This document shows positions 1 through 13,589 of a stretch of DNA of 64,000 bases, piece after piece (the stretch's first letter is position 1; the number at the start of each line of letters is the position of its first letter). The notes under the pieces were generated by a model. That model saw only the letters and a list, made by a program, of their open reading frames with translations, was not told where the DNA came from and ran no database searches. The stretch is from Mytilus californianus (Eukaryota), in the NCBI RefSeq assembly GCF_021869535.1, contig NW_026262669.1:7998001-8062000 (forward strand). Direction: 5' to 3'. A program made the translations under genes and the position numbers.

Positions 1-171
1 CATGCCCCTCCTACAGGGAGTCCAATAATCAGCTTGTAGTCTTTTGGCTTTACTATCTCTGGCTCTGTAGAAAATTGAAAAAGCATTTAAGTTAACCCTT
101 TCACACGACGTTTTCAGAATGAACGTCGTATCGTACGCAGTATTTATTTTATTACGTTGAGCACGCAGATG

Positions 172-2435
172 TACGAAAGCCTATTAGTGTCACAACAAAA
201 AAAATTATCTCGTAATTACGAGATAAATATCTCGTAATTACGAGAAAACTATCGCGTAATTACGAGAAAACTATCACGTAATTACGAGATAAGATTTTTA
301 TCTCGTAATTACGAGATAATCATCGCGTAATTACGAGAAAACTATCGCGTAATTACGAAATAAGCATTTTTTTATCTCGTAATTACGAGATAATTATTTT
401 TGGATAAACCTTTCGAAGCGTAAATCATTGCGTGTATATGTATTGTGTCTGTTTGGCTTGGCTCTCAGACTACCATTTTATCCAACGTTATCTCGAACAT
501 ATAAAAAGCGTCAGAAAATCTGTTCCATCCTTTATACCAGATGAAAATAATGGTAATGGAATAATATTAGAAATTTCTCATACCCTGCAGTATTGGTTCA
601 TCAAAAAGCATGATAATCATGAAAACAGTGTTAATTTGATCATACGAGCCGCTCCGTGCGAAAAGGTACAAAACCCATGAAATACATTTTTTTTAGGAAA
701 AGTGTGAAAAGTTTGCAATGAAAACTTAAGGGAGATACACTTTAATCGTCGTTAAAAATACATGAGTTGATAAGTGCCCGACAAAATTCAAATTCGGTGT
801 TTCATCCACAGGCGCTTGGGTATAGGATACGATTTTGTTTTGGGATTTTTTTTTGTTGTTGATTAAATATCATTATACTACATATCTATCACTTCTGCGC
901 ATGTCTTATCTAGTTTCGAGTGATTTTACCAACTCTTATACAACCCCCATTTTACTATCCACACGAAGAAACAGTAAAATGGGGATTGTATCAGAGTTTA
1001 GGGCGTTGATTATAGTGACAATAATAAAGTTGCAAACCATTTATTCACACTGAAATTACATAATTATAATAAACATTTATTTCAAATGTTAACTTGAAGT
1101 TTCCTTTTAATATGAACTGTGAATTGGATAGAAATACTAGAAAAAGTGGCGGGGTTGCATGCATTATAAATTCGTGCAGAGTAGAACATAGCCTAAGTCT
1201 NNNNNNNNNNNNNNNNNNNNNNNNNNNNNNNNNNNNNNNNNNNNNNNNNNNNNNNNNNNNNNNNNNNNNNNNNNNNNNNNNNNNNNNNNNNNNNNNNNNN
1301 NNNNNNNNNNNNNNNNNNNNNNNNNNNNNNNNNNNNNNNNNNNNNNNNNNNNNCATATAGTTTAGTACTAGTATATAGCTGTACTCTTCTGATAATTAGC
1401 TACGGTGACAGTAATATGATATTTTTGTAGGGTTGTTATGTCAGCGACGTTCTCCATGTCTCGCTTTTTTTCTAAGTGCCTATATATTCCGCCCGTACAC
1501 ATGCGGTCTTGGTAGTTTTTACTACATTAATGTACATGAAAGGCAGTGACAGTGAATATTATAAAGAAATATAAACAAAACAATATTACCATTTTTTAAA
1601 TGAATATTAGTGTGCAAGACACAAACAAACAAATGAAATTATGCTTATGAATTAACACAAAAAAAAATAAAAATTGGATATACCATGAATGCGATTGTGA
1701 TCTTCGAGCAAAACATATCTAGTTCAAAGGAAATTAAAATGTTTGTCGAAAAAAAACTCTTAATAGCTACTGTTGTTGTGTTGTTTCTCTCTCGAGCACA
1801 GGCATTTCCATTTCGTCTGTTAAAAAGCGATCCTGATTTTCCACATTAAATGACATTTGTACCGCGTTTTTCTTTATAGATTGGTTTGTCAGGATTGAAC
1901 TCTGAAGTTGGTGAACGACTTAAAGAACGAATTAAAGATCAAATGCATTTCTGCCAAATATCTTAGAATGATATCTTAAAATGTAATCACGTTCATAATA
2001 AAAACCAGTGACAACTTTCTTTATTCCTTTAATTTTAGATGTTTCGTGTAATCTCTTTTATTGCTTTGGATGTATATATTTAAATTCTAAATCCAACTTT
2101 AAAGTAAAGTTGAATGTACTTATTTTGGAAATTCATCTTTTACTTTCTATAACAACCTTCTTACGACTATATATATATGTAATTTTATCTCGTAATTACT
2201 AGATAGTTTTCTCGTAATTACGCGATATTTATCTCGTAATTACGCGATATTTATCTCGTAATTACGCGATAATTACGCGGTGGTTTTCTCGTAATTACGC
2301 GATAATTATCTCGTAATTACGAGATAAAAAATGATTATCTCGTAAATACGCGATAGTTTTCTCGTAATTACGCGATATTTATCTCGTAATTACGAGAGAT
2401 ATATATTTTTTTTGTGACTCTAATAGGCTTTCGTA
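172..2435. mobile_element. Non-autonomous foldback-like TIR element with subterminal palindromic tandem repeats
   Basis: The left end tacgaaagcctattagtgtcaca matches the reverse complement of the right end tgtgactctaataggctttcgta. The element is flanked by a direct repeat (CAGATG at 166-171 and 2436-2441, or AGAT if the termini are GTACG...CGTAC). Arrays of about 22-bp units containing the palindrome TCTCGTAATTACGAGA lie at about 206-395 and 2184-2398. Confidence 0.85.
1201..1353. other. Assembly gap (run of N)
   Basis: 153 consecutive N bases. Confidence 1.
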
Positions 2436-2819
2436 CAGATGTGATTCTGGAATGATATATTTTTATTTTAAAATCTTTAAATTCCCGCACAACCAAACGG
2501 ACGTCCCACTTTTGCAAGGGTTTTACTGCCGCTCAGAAGAAAACCGAAGTGACCATATTTCAATTGCCCAGTCACTTGTTGAGATTACATGAAAAGACAA
2601 TTAGCGTTATTAAGAAAGGGTTTGTAATAAAGAAGAAATACAGGAGAACCGTCTCTTTCTTCTTTTCTTTTTTCAGGAAAGAGGACGGGGCAGATGAAAG
2701 GATGTTTCGTATATTTTGTGTATTTTTTATTTTTTCACGCTTTGTTTTTTATCTGGTTTGGTGTTCGTTTAAATGTGGTGTCAATGTTTCCAGATGTGTT
2801 CCGTTTTTTTAAAACTTGC

Positions 2820-3020
2820 CTCTACATTTTGGTTTGGCACTGCTCCATCGGCCATTTGGAAGACATGTTAGAGTATCGGCCCCATTCACAACCAATGCAT
2901 CATCCAGACAACTTACTTTGGCGACGGTACCAACAGCTGTATTGTATGTCGATAGTTTTATATCAAAGAGGGTTACCTTTGATATAATTCCAGGAGCATG
3001 GTCTGCTATCTTCTCACAGT
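2820..3020 (-). CDS. Internal exon encoding one Sushi/CCP (complement control protein) domain; rest of gene not located
   Basis: Acceptor ttgcag|AC and donor AG|gcaagt bound a 201-nt symmetric phase 1-1 exon. It translates as DCEKIADHAPG...GTVAKVSCLDDALVVNGADTLTCLPNGRWSSAKPKCR, with 4 Cys and the G..W...P.C Sushi signature. Confidence 0.8.
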
Positions 3021-6000
3021 CTGCAATTATATATCTATAATGAATAATCATATACGGGTATTTGGTCATTTTTTTTTTGTTGTTTTGTATTGTAAGAAAC
3101 TTAAATTTGACGTGAACGCGCATGATCATACAAACTCCATTTAGGATGTACACGTCTGAGGAGCCAAAAATTTCTAGAATTAAACTTTTTTTCTTAACCT
3201 GATTTTTGGGTTTATATGACTGTAAAAAAATAATTGGTGAAGAAAAAATCTTATGGTGGTGCACTTCTTTTTTTGCTACGGCCCTTTGAAAGTACCCAAT
3301 TTTGATGATTTTCCCATTTTTCATCAATTTTTACCTATTTTTGGGCTATTATCGTGAAAAAAATCACAGTTCCACAATTTTCATAGTTTCAATAAAGATG
3401 AAGTGGACCAATCTGAATAAATATAACTAAAAAAACCTATAATAGGTAGGTGTTAATATAAGAAAGTTTTATCATATTTTGATGCTTTTTTGTGTCAAAT
3501 TTACCATGCTGTCAATTTTGTAAATTTGTGATTTTTCTCAGTCTTAGGAACAAAATGCATATTAGTTCAACTTTTTTGTAATAAATGATTGAAAAAAATA
3601 CATATCTAAGAAATTTGAAAAGAAAAAAATGATATAGGATATACATGATTCTGGTAAAATCTTTTTTTGTACCCCTCACCCATTTTCTAAACATTTTGGC
3701 TAAAAAGACTGACTTGATTGGTCGTAAAATTTAAAAAATTGATTACTCAAAAACTACTCATTGTAAAAATACACAATTTATTCACAGAGTTAAGTTTAAT
3801 TATAACATTTTTAAAATTCATTGATATTTTCCACTTGTATCACATGTTTTGGAAATAATTCCAGAACGAGATTTCAATGAGACTGAAACTTCAGAAGAAT
3901 ACATGAATGTGCTCATAGAAAAAAAACTCGATATATACTATGTGTTTGTGTCTAAATCACGAGACCTGTTTTCATGGGCTTCGATCTTGTGACATCAGAA
4001 TAGTCGTCTGATCTGATTGTGTCTGTTCCTATAATTGTGATATTTTTTTTATTTATGGCCGTTGATGCATGCATAGCCTTAAACCTCGACGCATGCACTC
4101 GGTCTCTTTCCGTTTGAAAATGATTCCCTAATGATTCATCTCTTGGTTTGTAAATTCTGTGTTTGTTTAGAAAATCGGTAAACTACTGCTGTCTCTCTTA
4201 TTTATGTACTGCAAAGATATACTCGCTAGATTTTCTTATATAACAAATAATATGTGGTATGATTACCAATGAGACAACTCTCAACCGAAACCTAATGACA
4301 TAGACGTTAACAACTATAGGTCACCGTACGGCCTTCAATAATGACCCCATACGACACAGTAAGCTATTAAAGGCCCCGAAATGACAAATGTTAAACTATT
4401 CAAAAACTGTTTGTTTTAATAACATATATCGTTCACTTCGCTAAATGATGTCGAGTCTTATTTTTACACACAAGCAATTCCGATGCTGAAAATAATATCA
4501 GAACATAGAAAACAACTCCATTTGGTAATACATGTACTTTAAAGATGTTTTTTCTCTTCGGTGAACAGCTGTCAGCTTGAAGGTTTTTTTTTAGTCTTTT
4601 TTTTATCTGAATTCGATAGTATTAAAAATAGCATGCATATACAATGCCATATAAACGTACGTGTAAGACTTGTAGGAGAAGTTGGTATGCTAAACAGAGG
4701 ACCAATCGATACAAACACTGTGTTCAGTAGTAATAGCCACATCCTGAAATAATAGAATTCATTGATTTATTTTGTAGTAATAGTGACATCCTAAAATAAT
4801 GAAAATCATTGATAAACTTAGTAGTAATAGCCACGTCCTGAAATATTAAATATCATTACCATAAATATAAAAATAAGGAGATGTGATATAATTGACAATA
4901 ATAAACGCAATTATAGGCCATCTTACGGCCTTCAACAATGAACAAAACCTATACCGCATAAAAAACTATAAAAGGCCCCGAAATGACAAATGTAAAATAC
5001 TTCAAATGAGAAAATCAACGGCCTGATTAATACCAATAAAATTTACTAAAAACATTTATGACAGACATGAACCAACGGCAACCACCGAATTACATGCTCC
5101 TGACTTGGAACAGACACATAAACACTTTAAAATTTACAGTTCTGCTTATACTCTGTTAAATTCGATAAACTGCTAAAATTCAAAGAAGTTGTAAAAATAA
5201 TATCATGCATTAGAATAACTAGTAATTGACCGTTATATACCATAATTGTTACAGACATTTTTAAGTAAGCGAACAGAGACCTCAAAAATTTAACACCGAT
5301 TACTTTACTCTAACAGACTGAGTGTAGATCAAAATGTACACTAATTTTGCAAGGATATATAAATATGTCTCTGAAACAGCAGTGATGGTATGTCAAAATT
5401 CCTTTACTTCTAACTATGGCAATTATTTCCATTTCTAATGTAACCGTTTTCAATTAAAATTCTTCCAAAGACATCAAGCCATCATGTAAAACGAAGCAAA
5501 CTTTATAATCATTAAAATACATCGCCAAACAAAGAGTTCTAGCATATACAAGATACTTTATTATTCAATTAGGCATAATTCAAAAATTTTCTTACTAGTG
5601 TAGTTTTATAAGCTTGCTCTGACTTGTGACAGCAATTGCACTAAACACGTTTAACTTACTAAAATTATATAATGGAACAAAAACTATCACTTTACAAACC
5701 TGGTGAAACAAAAGAGGCGTACCAATATAATACCTTATGTTTTATTCAAATTGTAAAAGTGATTTTTAATCCGTAGAAATTTAATATTTAAAACCCGAAT
5801 AGCGCGTGCTGATTGGACACCGTTTTTAGTAACCAATGAAATCACATTTTTGTATTAATTTCCAAGGCTTAATATTTTCTATAAAACATTTCTATTGGTC
5901 AGGTCTCATTACTTATGTTATCCAATCCAGTGTCGGGGCACTATTTAATAGTACCTATACTATGATATTTTAAACGGTTACAGTGAATCCAAGGCGGAAT

Positions 6001-8246
6001 TATTAGTTAATTAAAAACTAAGTTGCATGTGTTTTCTTTCTAAGCATAACCCCACATGTAATTCAAAGCATGAGAAAAACAAAGGAAAACAGGAATAAGG
6101 TGTCTGAAAAACCCCAAATGCACTCAGAAGTTACACTATCAAAGTACTGAGCAAATATGAAGTCATTCTATTCAATAGTCTTTAAGACATATGTGATGAA
6201 AGTATTTAGTTCATTCATCATATTGAAATAATAAAAGTATCGGCAAACAAGAAGTAGGTGTCTAACAGATCCAAAAAGTGTTTGATACGTGCATAACAAA
6301 ATATGAAGTCCAGAGGAATGTGTAATATAATTTTCTATCAAAACTACCAGTTATATAAACTGCTCTCTAGAAAAGGAGGTTGTTTAGTAGTGAATGTCAG
6401 TTATCTGTCAGTCTTGAAGAAGTTGTAAATCAGATAATTTTTCTATGTTATCTATTTTCAGATATAAATATTGTTTCTTGGAACCAATAGGAAGTCTGGT
6501 TACTGTTAAAATGACAACGTAAGTCTAAATTCTGCGTTTGTTTTTTTTAAATTCCTTTTGATAAATGAAATAATATCTGGTCATTTAAACATTAATACAT
6601 GCCATTGATTGTTAGGACACTTTTCATAAAGATGGACAACAGGCACTTGAAAATTAGACTCCCCTTTTTATAAATATTTGTTTGTTGTGTGTTATAATTT
6701 TTAGTAGTATATATTCTGAACTATTTTAACTTATTGTCTCTAATTTGGTGTGCTCTTGCAATATTCTATGGGATAGTACAATATCGGTAATTTATAAATT
6801 TTGACCCTCTACTATTATTTCCCACGTGAAAAACACAAAAAAAATATTTAGAAAAAATAGGGGTTTCTTCCCCATGCGCCTGGAGATAGACCCGAAAATC
6901 CCAAAGTAGTAATAAAAGATTGATTTGAAAGTGTGCTGTACATGTTAAATAAAATCAAGGGGATGTCGTATGAATGGAATAAGACAATTATTCCACATAA
7001 ACCAATTGAAAATGATTTGCACAACTATAGGTCTCCTAACGACCTTTAACAATGATCAAAACCAAAACGCATTGTAAGCTAAAAAAGGCCAGAAAAACAA
7101 AATGCTCTTAGTCTAATTCCAAACATTTCTTAAAGACCAGAATTGAAGACTGTCATGATGCTGACTTGTATACATTTGTATGTCTTCGCTCGATTAAATT
7201 TGTTGTTAGATTGCTGTTTCGTTGGCGTCTGATTCATAATCACCCGGACATTTAAAAAAATCCATGCAACAAACGGCACTGCTCTTTTTTTTTTCTTCCA
7301 TATTGTTTACAGTTCAAACCTTTGTGTAGTATATGTATATTTATCACTCGTGATTGTTTTTATCACCGACAAAAGTGGAAAATCTTCGTTACTGCCCTAC
7401 ACGCCAATTGCGTACAAGGGCAGTAAGTAAGTAAGTAAGTAATTGTTTTTATCCTTGAAAAACCTTTAACAAGATTTACCGGAAACCAGTCAACTTATTA
7501 AACCACAAAAAGGACTATTTAATTGACAATTATAGAACAAGTTCCCTATTTATTAGCTTATAAATCAAGAAAACAACTTACCTTGTTATTAAGAGGAGTT
7601 AATCATTCGTGAGGTATTTGACTTTATCGTTAGATTGCATTACAATGACATAAAACAATGCACCCTTCCTCCTCGTTATCTGTGTTATCACCCATAGTTG
7701 TCTAAGGCTATCTTGTATGACAGTTTATTGGTGGACTGTGGGATTATCAGTTTTAAAATCACACTTTCGGAAAATCAATGATTTCATATCAAATCTATAT
7801 CAAACCAAGGCGAAAATATGTATTAAATTATTGTCGTTTGAAAGGAATAAAAAGGGACCACAATTTTATCGAGATTTAAGTGCTTCCGGTCTGGATTTTA
7901 AATTTTCTCTAAGAAAGCACAAGGCGAAAACGATGAGGCGTTAAAAGTGCTTAGATACAAGGTATATCTAAAGACTAAAGGGGTTTTGAAAAACAACGGT
8001 ATGATAAGAGCTCACAAAATCATACCCATCTCGTCCTTATGAATGAAATGTTTGCCACTGAACATTAGGTAAAACCAATCAATCAATTATACCCGCTCCA
8101 CATTTTGATATGTATTGCAAGGTCCAAGCTTTGCTATGGGAAACTCTCAAATTATTTGAATATAAAACATTTGATCAGGAGATCAATAAAGGGGCAATCA
8201 AAAGTCATCAGTCTAAGAAAAACAAACAAAAAATGAAAAAACAACA

Positions 8247-9040
8247 ACACCAGAGATTGAACATTAAGAGCCCCACTCAAAACCAGAGATTGAGCATTAA
8301 GAAACCCTATCAACACCAGACACTGAGCATTAAGAGCCTCACTAAACACTAGAGATTGAGCATTAAGAGCCCACTAAACACCAGAGATTGAGCATTAAGA
8401 GCCCACTAAACTCCAGAGATTGAGCATTAAGAAACCCACTAAACACCAGAGATTGAGCATTAAGAGCCCCACTCAAAACCAGAGATTGAGCATTTAGAAA
8501 CCCACTCAACACCAGAGATTGAGCATTAAGAGCCTCACTAAACACTTGAGATTGAGCATTAAGAGCCCACTAAACACCAGAGATTGAGCATTAAGAGCCC
8601 CACTAAACACCAGAGATTGAGCATTAAGAGCCCCACTAAACACTAGAGATTGGGCATTAAGAGCCACACTAAACACTAGAGATTGAGCTTTAAAAGCCCA
8701 CTGAACACTAGAGATTGAGTATTAAGAGCCCCACTCAACACTAGAGATTGAGCATTAAGAGCCCCTCTAAACACCAGAAATTGAGCATTAAGAGCCCTAC
8801 TAACCACTACAGATTGAGCATTAAGAGCCCCACTAAACACCAGAGATTGAGCATTTAGACCCCCACTAAACACCAGAGATTGAGCATTAAGAGCCCCACT
8901 TTACACTAGAGATTGAGCATTCAGAGCCCACTAAACACCAGAGATTGGGCATTAAGAGCCCCACTAAACACCAGAGATTGAGCATTAAGAGCCCCACTAA
9001 ATACTAGTGATTGAGCATTAAGAGCCCCACTAATCACCAG
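8247..9040. repeat. Minisatellite, 32-34-bp unit, about 24 copies
   Basis: Tandem units of acaccagagattgagcattaagagccccactaa. This explains the repetitive ORFs called at 8110-9106. Confidence 0.95.
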
Positions 9041-9885
9041 GATCAAACTTAATTGTTTCGGAAGTATAAGCATTTCTGCTCCAGTAGTGGCATTTATAAC
9101 ATCCATAAACAGAGTGATTATTGGTAGATCGAAGAGTTAGACGAATTATTTCTCACATGCAGCAGTATCCAGTCAAGCAATTCTAAACCAATGTTCTAGA
9201 CATGTCCTAAGTCAGGAGCATGTTTTTCAGTGGTTGTCGTTTGTTGGTGTGGTTCATAAGTGTTTCTCGTTTCTCGTTTTTATATAGATTAGACCGTTGG
9301 TTTTCCGGCTTGAATTGTTTTACACTAGTCATTTTGGGGCCCTTTATAGCTTGCTGTTCGGTGTGAGCTAAGGTCGTACTTTGACCTATAATTGTTTACT
9401 TTTTATACATTGTGACTTGGATGTAGAATTGTCTCATTGGCACTCACACATGTACCACATCTTCTTACTTATATTGACGAGTAAATCGTGCAAAAAAGTA
9501 GAAAAACACGAATATGTATCTATAAGATATAAGACACAATGTTCCGATCAAACTATTGCATTGTCATGTTCTAAAGATCCCATGATATTGAACATGCGCA
9601 GAAATTTAAACAAAACTTTAATCTGATATTGCACGGACAAATATACTGACGGACGGACGGACATACTGGAAAACCCTGTCGTAGACGGGGAACAGTAAAC
9701 TAACAGAAAAGGCTTTTTAGCAACTGATATGACAAATATATAATATCCGTTAACGATACAATTAATGTCATGTGGCAAGTTTAGAAAAAAATCAGTTTAT
9801 TAGCATCAGTCATCAAGTATTATAATAAATAAAACATATATAGTACACGCTCACACGTAATCTCATATAAAGTACATGCAAATGC

Positions 9886-10656
9886 TTAAATCTTTTGATT
9901 ACGATTTGTACCAGGTTTAGTTTTGGAAGCATTAGTACTCGAACGATTCTCAGATTTATGTGACCCTATGCTTTGTTTCCTTGTATTCTTGTTTACATCT
10001 GCTGATTTTAAAAGGTTTCCATCTCCCATCTTTGAACATTTCAGCATTTTTAAGACACAATCGAGCTTATTGTCTAACTGATTGAATCGATTGCCATGAT
10101 CGGTTTTCAATTGTTCCATAGCAACGCGTGAGTCAGTCGCCATTTTGTCCATGGCTTGACGGGTGTTCTGAAGATCAATTTTAAGTTCTCGTATTTGCTC
10201 GTTCAGTGTTTGAATCCTGGCATCTTTTTCTGCACTTTCATTCTGTAACTGCCTCAGTTCACCCTGTAGGATGTTCATCTGCTTCTTATAGAACTCTCTC
10301 TCTTGGTTCAGGTTTGTCATGGTAACCTCTTTATCGCTGATCGTTTCCTGTAAGTTTCTTTGAACTATTTGTAAATGTGCATTTTCTTCCTCTAGTGTTT
10401 TACATTGAGCTTCAACTTCATCCAACTTCCTTAGATGTTCTACGCATGTCTCGTCTACATTGTCTATCTCGTCATACTTTTGTTGGACGTTTTGCTTTAA
10501 AAGTCGGACGTCCTGTTTCAGCTTTTCAATTTTGTGCTCTTTCAGAAAATTTTCATTCTGTAAAAGTGTACAGCTGACTTCCAGTTCCTTGACTCTTTCT
10601 AAATACATTTCTTTTTCTTCATACAACTGGAGTACCTCAGCTTCTTCAAACTCGAC
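9886..10656 (-). CDS. CARD-coiled-coil paralog 1, terminal exon (coiled coil plus basic tail, 256 aa and stop)
   Basis: Acceptor ttttag|GTC (phase 0) opens a frame VEFEEAEVLQLYEEKEMYLERVKEL...RFNQLDNKLDCVLKML...NRNQKI*. It is E/K/Q/L heptad-rich and homologous to the exons at 33279-39196 and 46080-46814. Confidence 0.85.
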   Translation of the reverse strand, partial: VEFEEAEVLQLYEEKEMYLERVKELEVSCTLLQNENFLKEHKIEKLKQDVRLLKQNVQQKYDEIDNVDETCVEHLRKLDEVEAQCKTLEEENAHLQIVQRNLQETISDKEVTMTNLNQEREFYKKQMNILQGELRQLQNESAEKDARIQTLNEQIRELKIDLQNTRQAMDKMATDSRVAMEQLKTDHGNRFNQLDNKLDCVLKMLKCSKMGDGNLLKSADVNKNTRKQSIGSHKSENRSSTNASKTKPGTNRNQKI

Positions 10657-11858
10657 CTAAAACAAATTTATAAAAGGTAGACAAGGCTATACATTTAGAA
10701 ATATGGTCATCCTTGGACTACTGGCGACCGCGTCCGGCTGTAAAACCCATACTACAACTATGCTTTTTGTTTGCCTGTTTGGGGTGTATAAATACGCAGC
10801 CACGTTCGTTCGGAAAGGGGACGCGAGGATCTACTAACCCACCTGAGATCATCTATAGTTTTGTGCATAAGGATTTCGTGTTGCTTTTGCTTTAGTTTTC
10901 AGTGCTATATTATATGCTTTTAATTTTGCAATGTCCGTGTTGTTTCTACGGGTAACAGTTTTGCCTATCCTTTTCCCTGAAAGAACGTGTTTCGATTTCC
11001 TGTCAAGATTTAGGGTTAGACAATTTATATGACCGATGGTTTACGAATTCGGTGATATCGTAGAGTTAGATTTAATCCGCCTTTGCTTGATGCCTAACCA
11101 CTAGATATAACTTCTCAACAAATTTTAAAGGAGCATCGAGTAGGCTGTTGCTGTGAAGAAGAATCTGCTAACCCTTCCGGAGCTCATGGGATCACCGTGT
11201 TGGGTTCGTGTTGACCAGTCTTTAGTTTTATAAGGGGTGTTTTGTGGACTTTTTTGTCTTGTCGTTGTTGTTTTATGTCATGGCGTTGTCAGTTTTCTTC
11301 GACTTTGATTTTTAATGTCCCCTTTGTATTGTCTGCCACTTTCTTTCGATGCATGTGTAAGGTGATTACCACGTACGCTATCTGCACGTTAAATAAAAGT
11401 TGATTCGTTTCACATTTTGTCATACAGGTTTTTACACAGCTTCCTATACATTATAGCTCTTTAATACCAATGGATACTTTTAATAACGTTACTTGTTTTT
11501 ACATTGAAAAATTGAAAGAGAATTATTCTCGTGTGTGTGTGTGTGTGTACATGAATTCATCTGATTTTATAAGTGCACGTTCGTATTTCAATCAGATTAT
11601 TTCTATTTCAGGCTGTTGACTATGACTTGACTTAACTGTTTTATCTATCTATATTTATGTGACTATTTCGCCTTAAATAAATGCTTCCTAGCAGAATCAA
11701 AATGTGTGTGTACAGATCTGTATCTATATTTGATTTATAGACGTAGATTTTAAATCAATTTTAGTCTAACACCCTCATGGCAGCCAAACCTTAGAGCGTA
11801 TCTATATTTGGTTTAAATATAGATGTTAATTGAAAATCTTATCTAACGCCATCTATAC

Positions 11859-11869
11859 CTTTGCATCAA
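11859..11869 (-). CDS. Candidate 11-nt micro-exon of paralog 1 (V-D-A-K)
   Basis: acatttacag|TTGATGCAAAG|gtatag. This was the best exon I found that converts phase 1 (CARD exon end) to phase 0 (terminal exon start) without a stop. The joined CDS is 1068 nt (355 aa). Confidence 0.5.
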
Positions 11870-13303
11870 CTGTAAATGTGTCTTCTTTCAGGTGCTGAGA
11901 GCTTGTATCGTCTGCAAGAAGATATTTATCTATTGCAATGTAAAATAAAATAAACCTATTTTAAATGCATTATTTTTGTTGTCGGTGGGTGATTAACAAT
12001 TATTGTGTAAACAAAGAAGTCTATTTAAACTCATTTACAATGAAAACTGACTACAAGCTATTATCGTCAGACAATGGTTTTACGCAGGCACGATCCAATA
12101 CACATTATTGTTTAATTGATAGGTTTCATTAGTATAAGTCTATTAATTTAAACCTTTAAAACAAAGAAAATACGGCTACATTACAATTGTCTTTATCAAA
12201 ATAGACCATTATAATTATAACAGAAATGTTGACTTATTTTGTTTTCTATTAGGATTCTTTACTTTTGAGGACAAACTAAATTACGGAATTTTAATAGAAA
12301 TTTTACATTTGGCATGTTTAAAGAATATATTTCTTCATAAACCACCGCTGATGATATTTTTGATCTCATCTAAAGTTATCTAAACATTGATGAGCTTGTA
12401 GAAATGATAAAAGACAAAGAACAGCAATATAAGCGTTCTTTCTTTAATACATAGTTGTATCCCGGTATCTCTTAAAACTAGATACCTCGCATTATTTTCT
12501 AATCGACAAGAAAGGTTTGTTTATGTATAGTAATGGACTTCTGTAATCAGGCAGCAAAACCATGCTATAGAGGGGAGTCCTTATTCCCGCCGGTATACCC
12601 CTTTTGCAGAACCACACTTTTGATTTCAAGTGTTAGTTCCTTTTCGTCCTTAATATGTATGATATATCTGTCACTGAACGTTAAACTTTTACCAACGTGA
12701 TAAAAAGGCATCAAATATTCTTTGGCACAACGTGCACATTATCCTTGTATAATCCTCATTAGAATCGCTTGTTACTCAAAGTTTATTAGGCCGAAGTTAC
12801 AAATCAATTATATAAAATAAGGAAATGTGGTATGATCGGCAATGAGACAATTACCCCACCCAAGTCTAAATGACATGGATTTAAGCAACTATTGGTAACC
12901 GTACGGCTTTCAGCATAAACATTTTAATAGATATAAGAAGATGTGGTATGAGTGCCAATGAGACAACTCTCCATCCAAGTCAAAATTTATAAAAGTAAAC
13001 CATTATAGGTCAAAGTACGGTCTTCAACACGGAGCCTTGGCTCAGTATTTACTTCAGGGAGTTGTTACCTTAGCTTTTGCACTGGAAAGTAGTTTTACAA
13101 GCTAGAAATTTACAAACAAGATGAATCATTTAAACCGTCCGTCCTTCAGTCTATTCAAAAAGTATTTTCACATATTATAAGCAAGCTTGAACGTCCTCAG
13201 ACACATTCTTCTTTTATTTTTACTGGTAAGAGATATTAAAAAAGTTCTTTCGACATCAGTTAGGGAACCAAGAAAAAGGGAGAGAAACACCGCGTGTCAT
13301 TAC

Positions 13304-13589
13304 CTTTCTGCAGCTCTTTATGTTGTATTCGCGTTGCCACGTGATGATTCCCCGATACTTCTAATGCCTCTAGGAAGGAGGTGTAAGAATTCCCGCCTCG
13401 CTTTAGTAAAATATCAAGCAGTTTGTGGCATTGTTTATCTGTCCTCTTAGCAGACAAAATATCAGCTCTTTCATCCATTCCAAGACAATCATCTTCTATA
13501 AGTTTATCCATAATTTTCTCAAGTTGAGTGATATTGTCTTTGATAAACAACAAATTCTTCGTAATTCTCTTGGATTCTATGGGATCCAT
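13304..13589 (-). CDS. CARD-coiled-coil paralog 1, first coding exon (CARD domain)
   Basis: ATG at 13589 gives MDPIESKRITKNLLFIKDNITQLEKIMDKLIEDDCLGMDERADILSAKRTDKQCHKLLDILLKRGGNSYTSFLEALEVSGNHHVATRI, a six-helix death-fold CARD pattern. Donor AAAG|gtaatg, phase 1, 286 nt. Confidence 0.85.

Noticed and set aside
8110-9106. Repetitive ORFs (LNAQSLV...)
   Set aside because: They are translations of the 33-bp minisatellite; unit-length variation breaks the frame, and there is no splice context.
5354-12480. Scattered plus-strand exon-like segments (about 5354, 6461, 11891 and 12254)
   Set aside because: Splice-like dinucleotides are present, but there is no consistent phase or recognisable protein, and frames are interrupted by stops.
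13069-13101. 33-nt exon-like segment (tag|CTTGTAAAAC...GCTAAG|gtaac) after the paralog 1 CARD exon
   Set aside because: It contains an in-frame TAA in phase 1. It could be a poison or CARD-only exon, but nothing supports this without cDNA.
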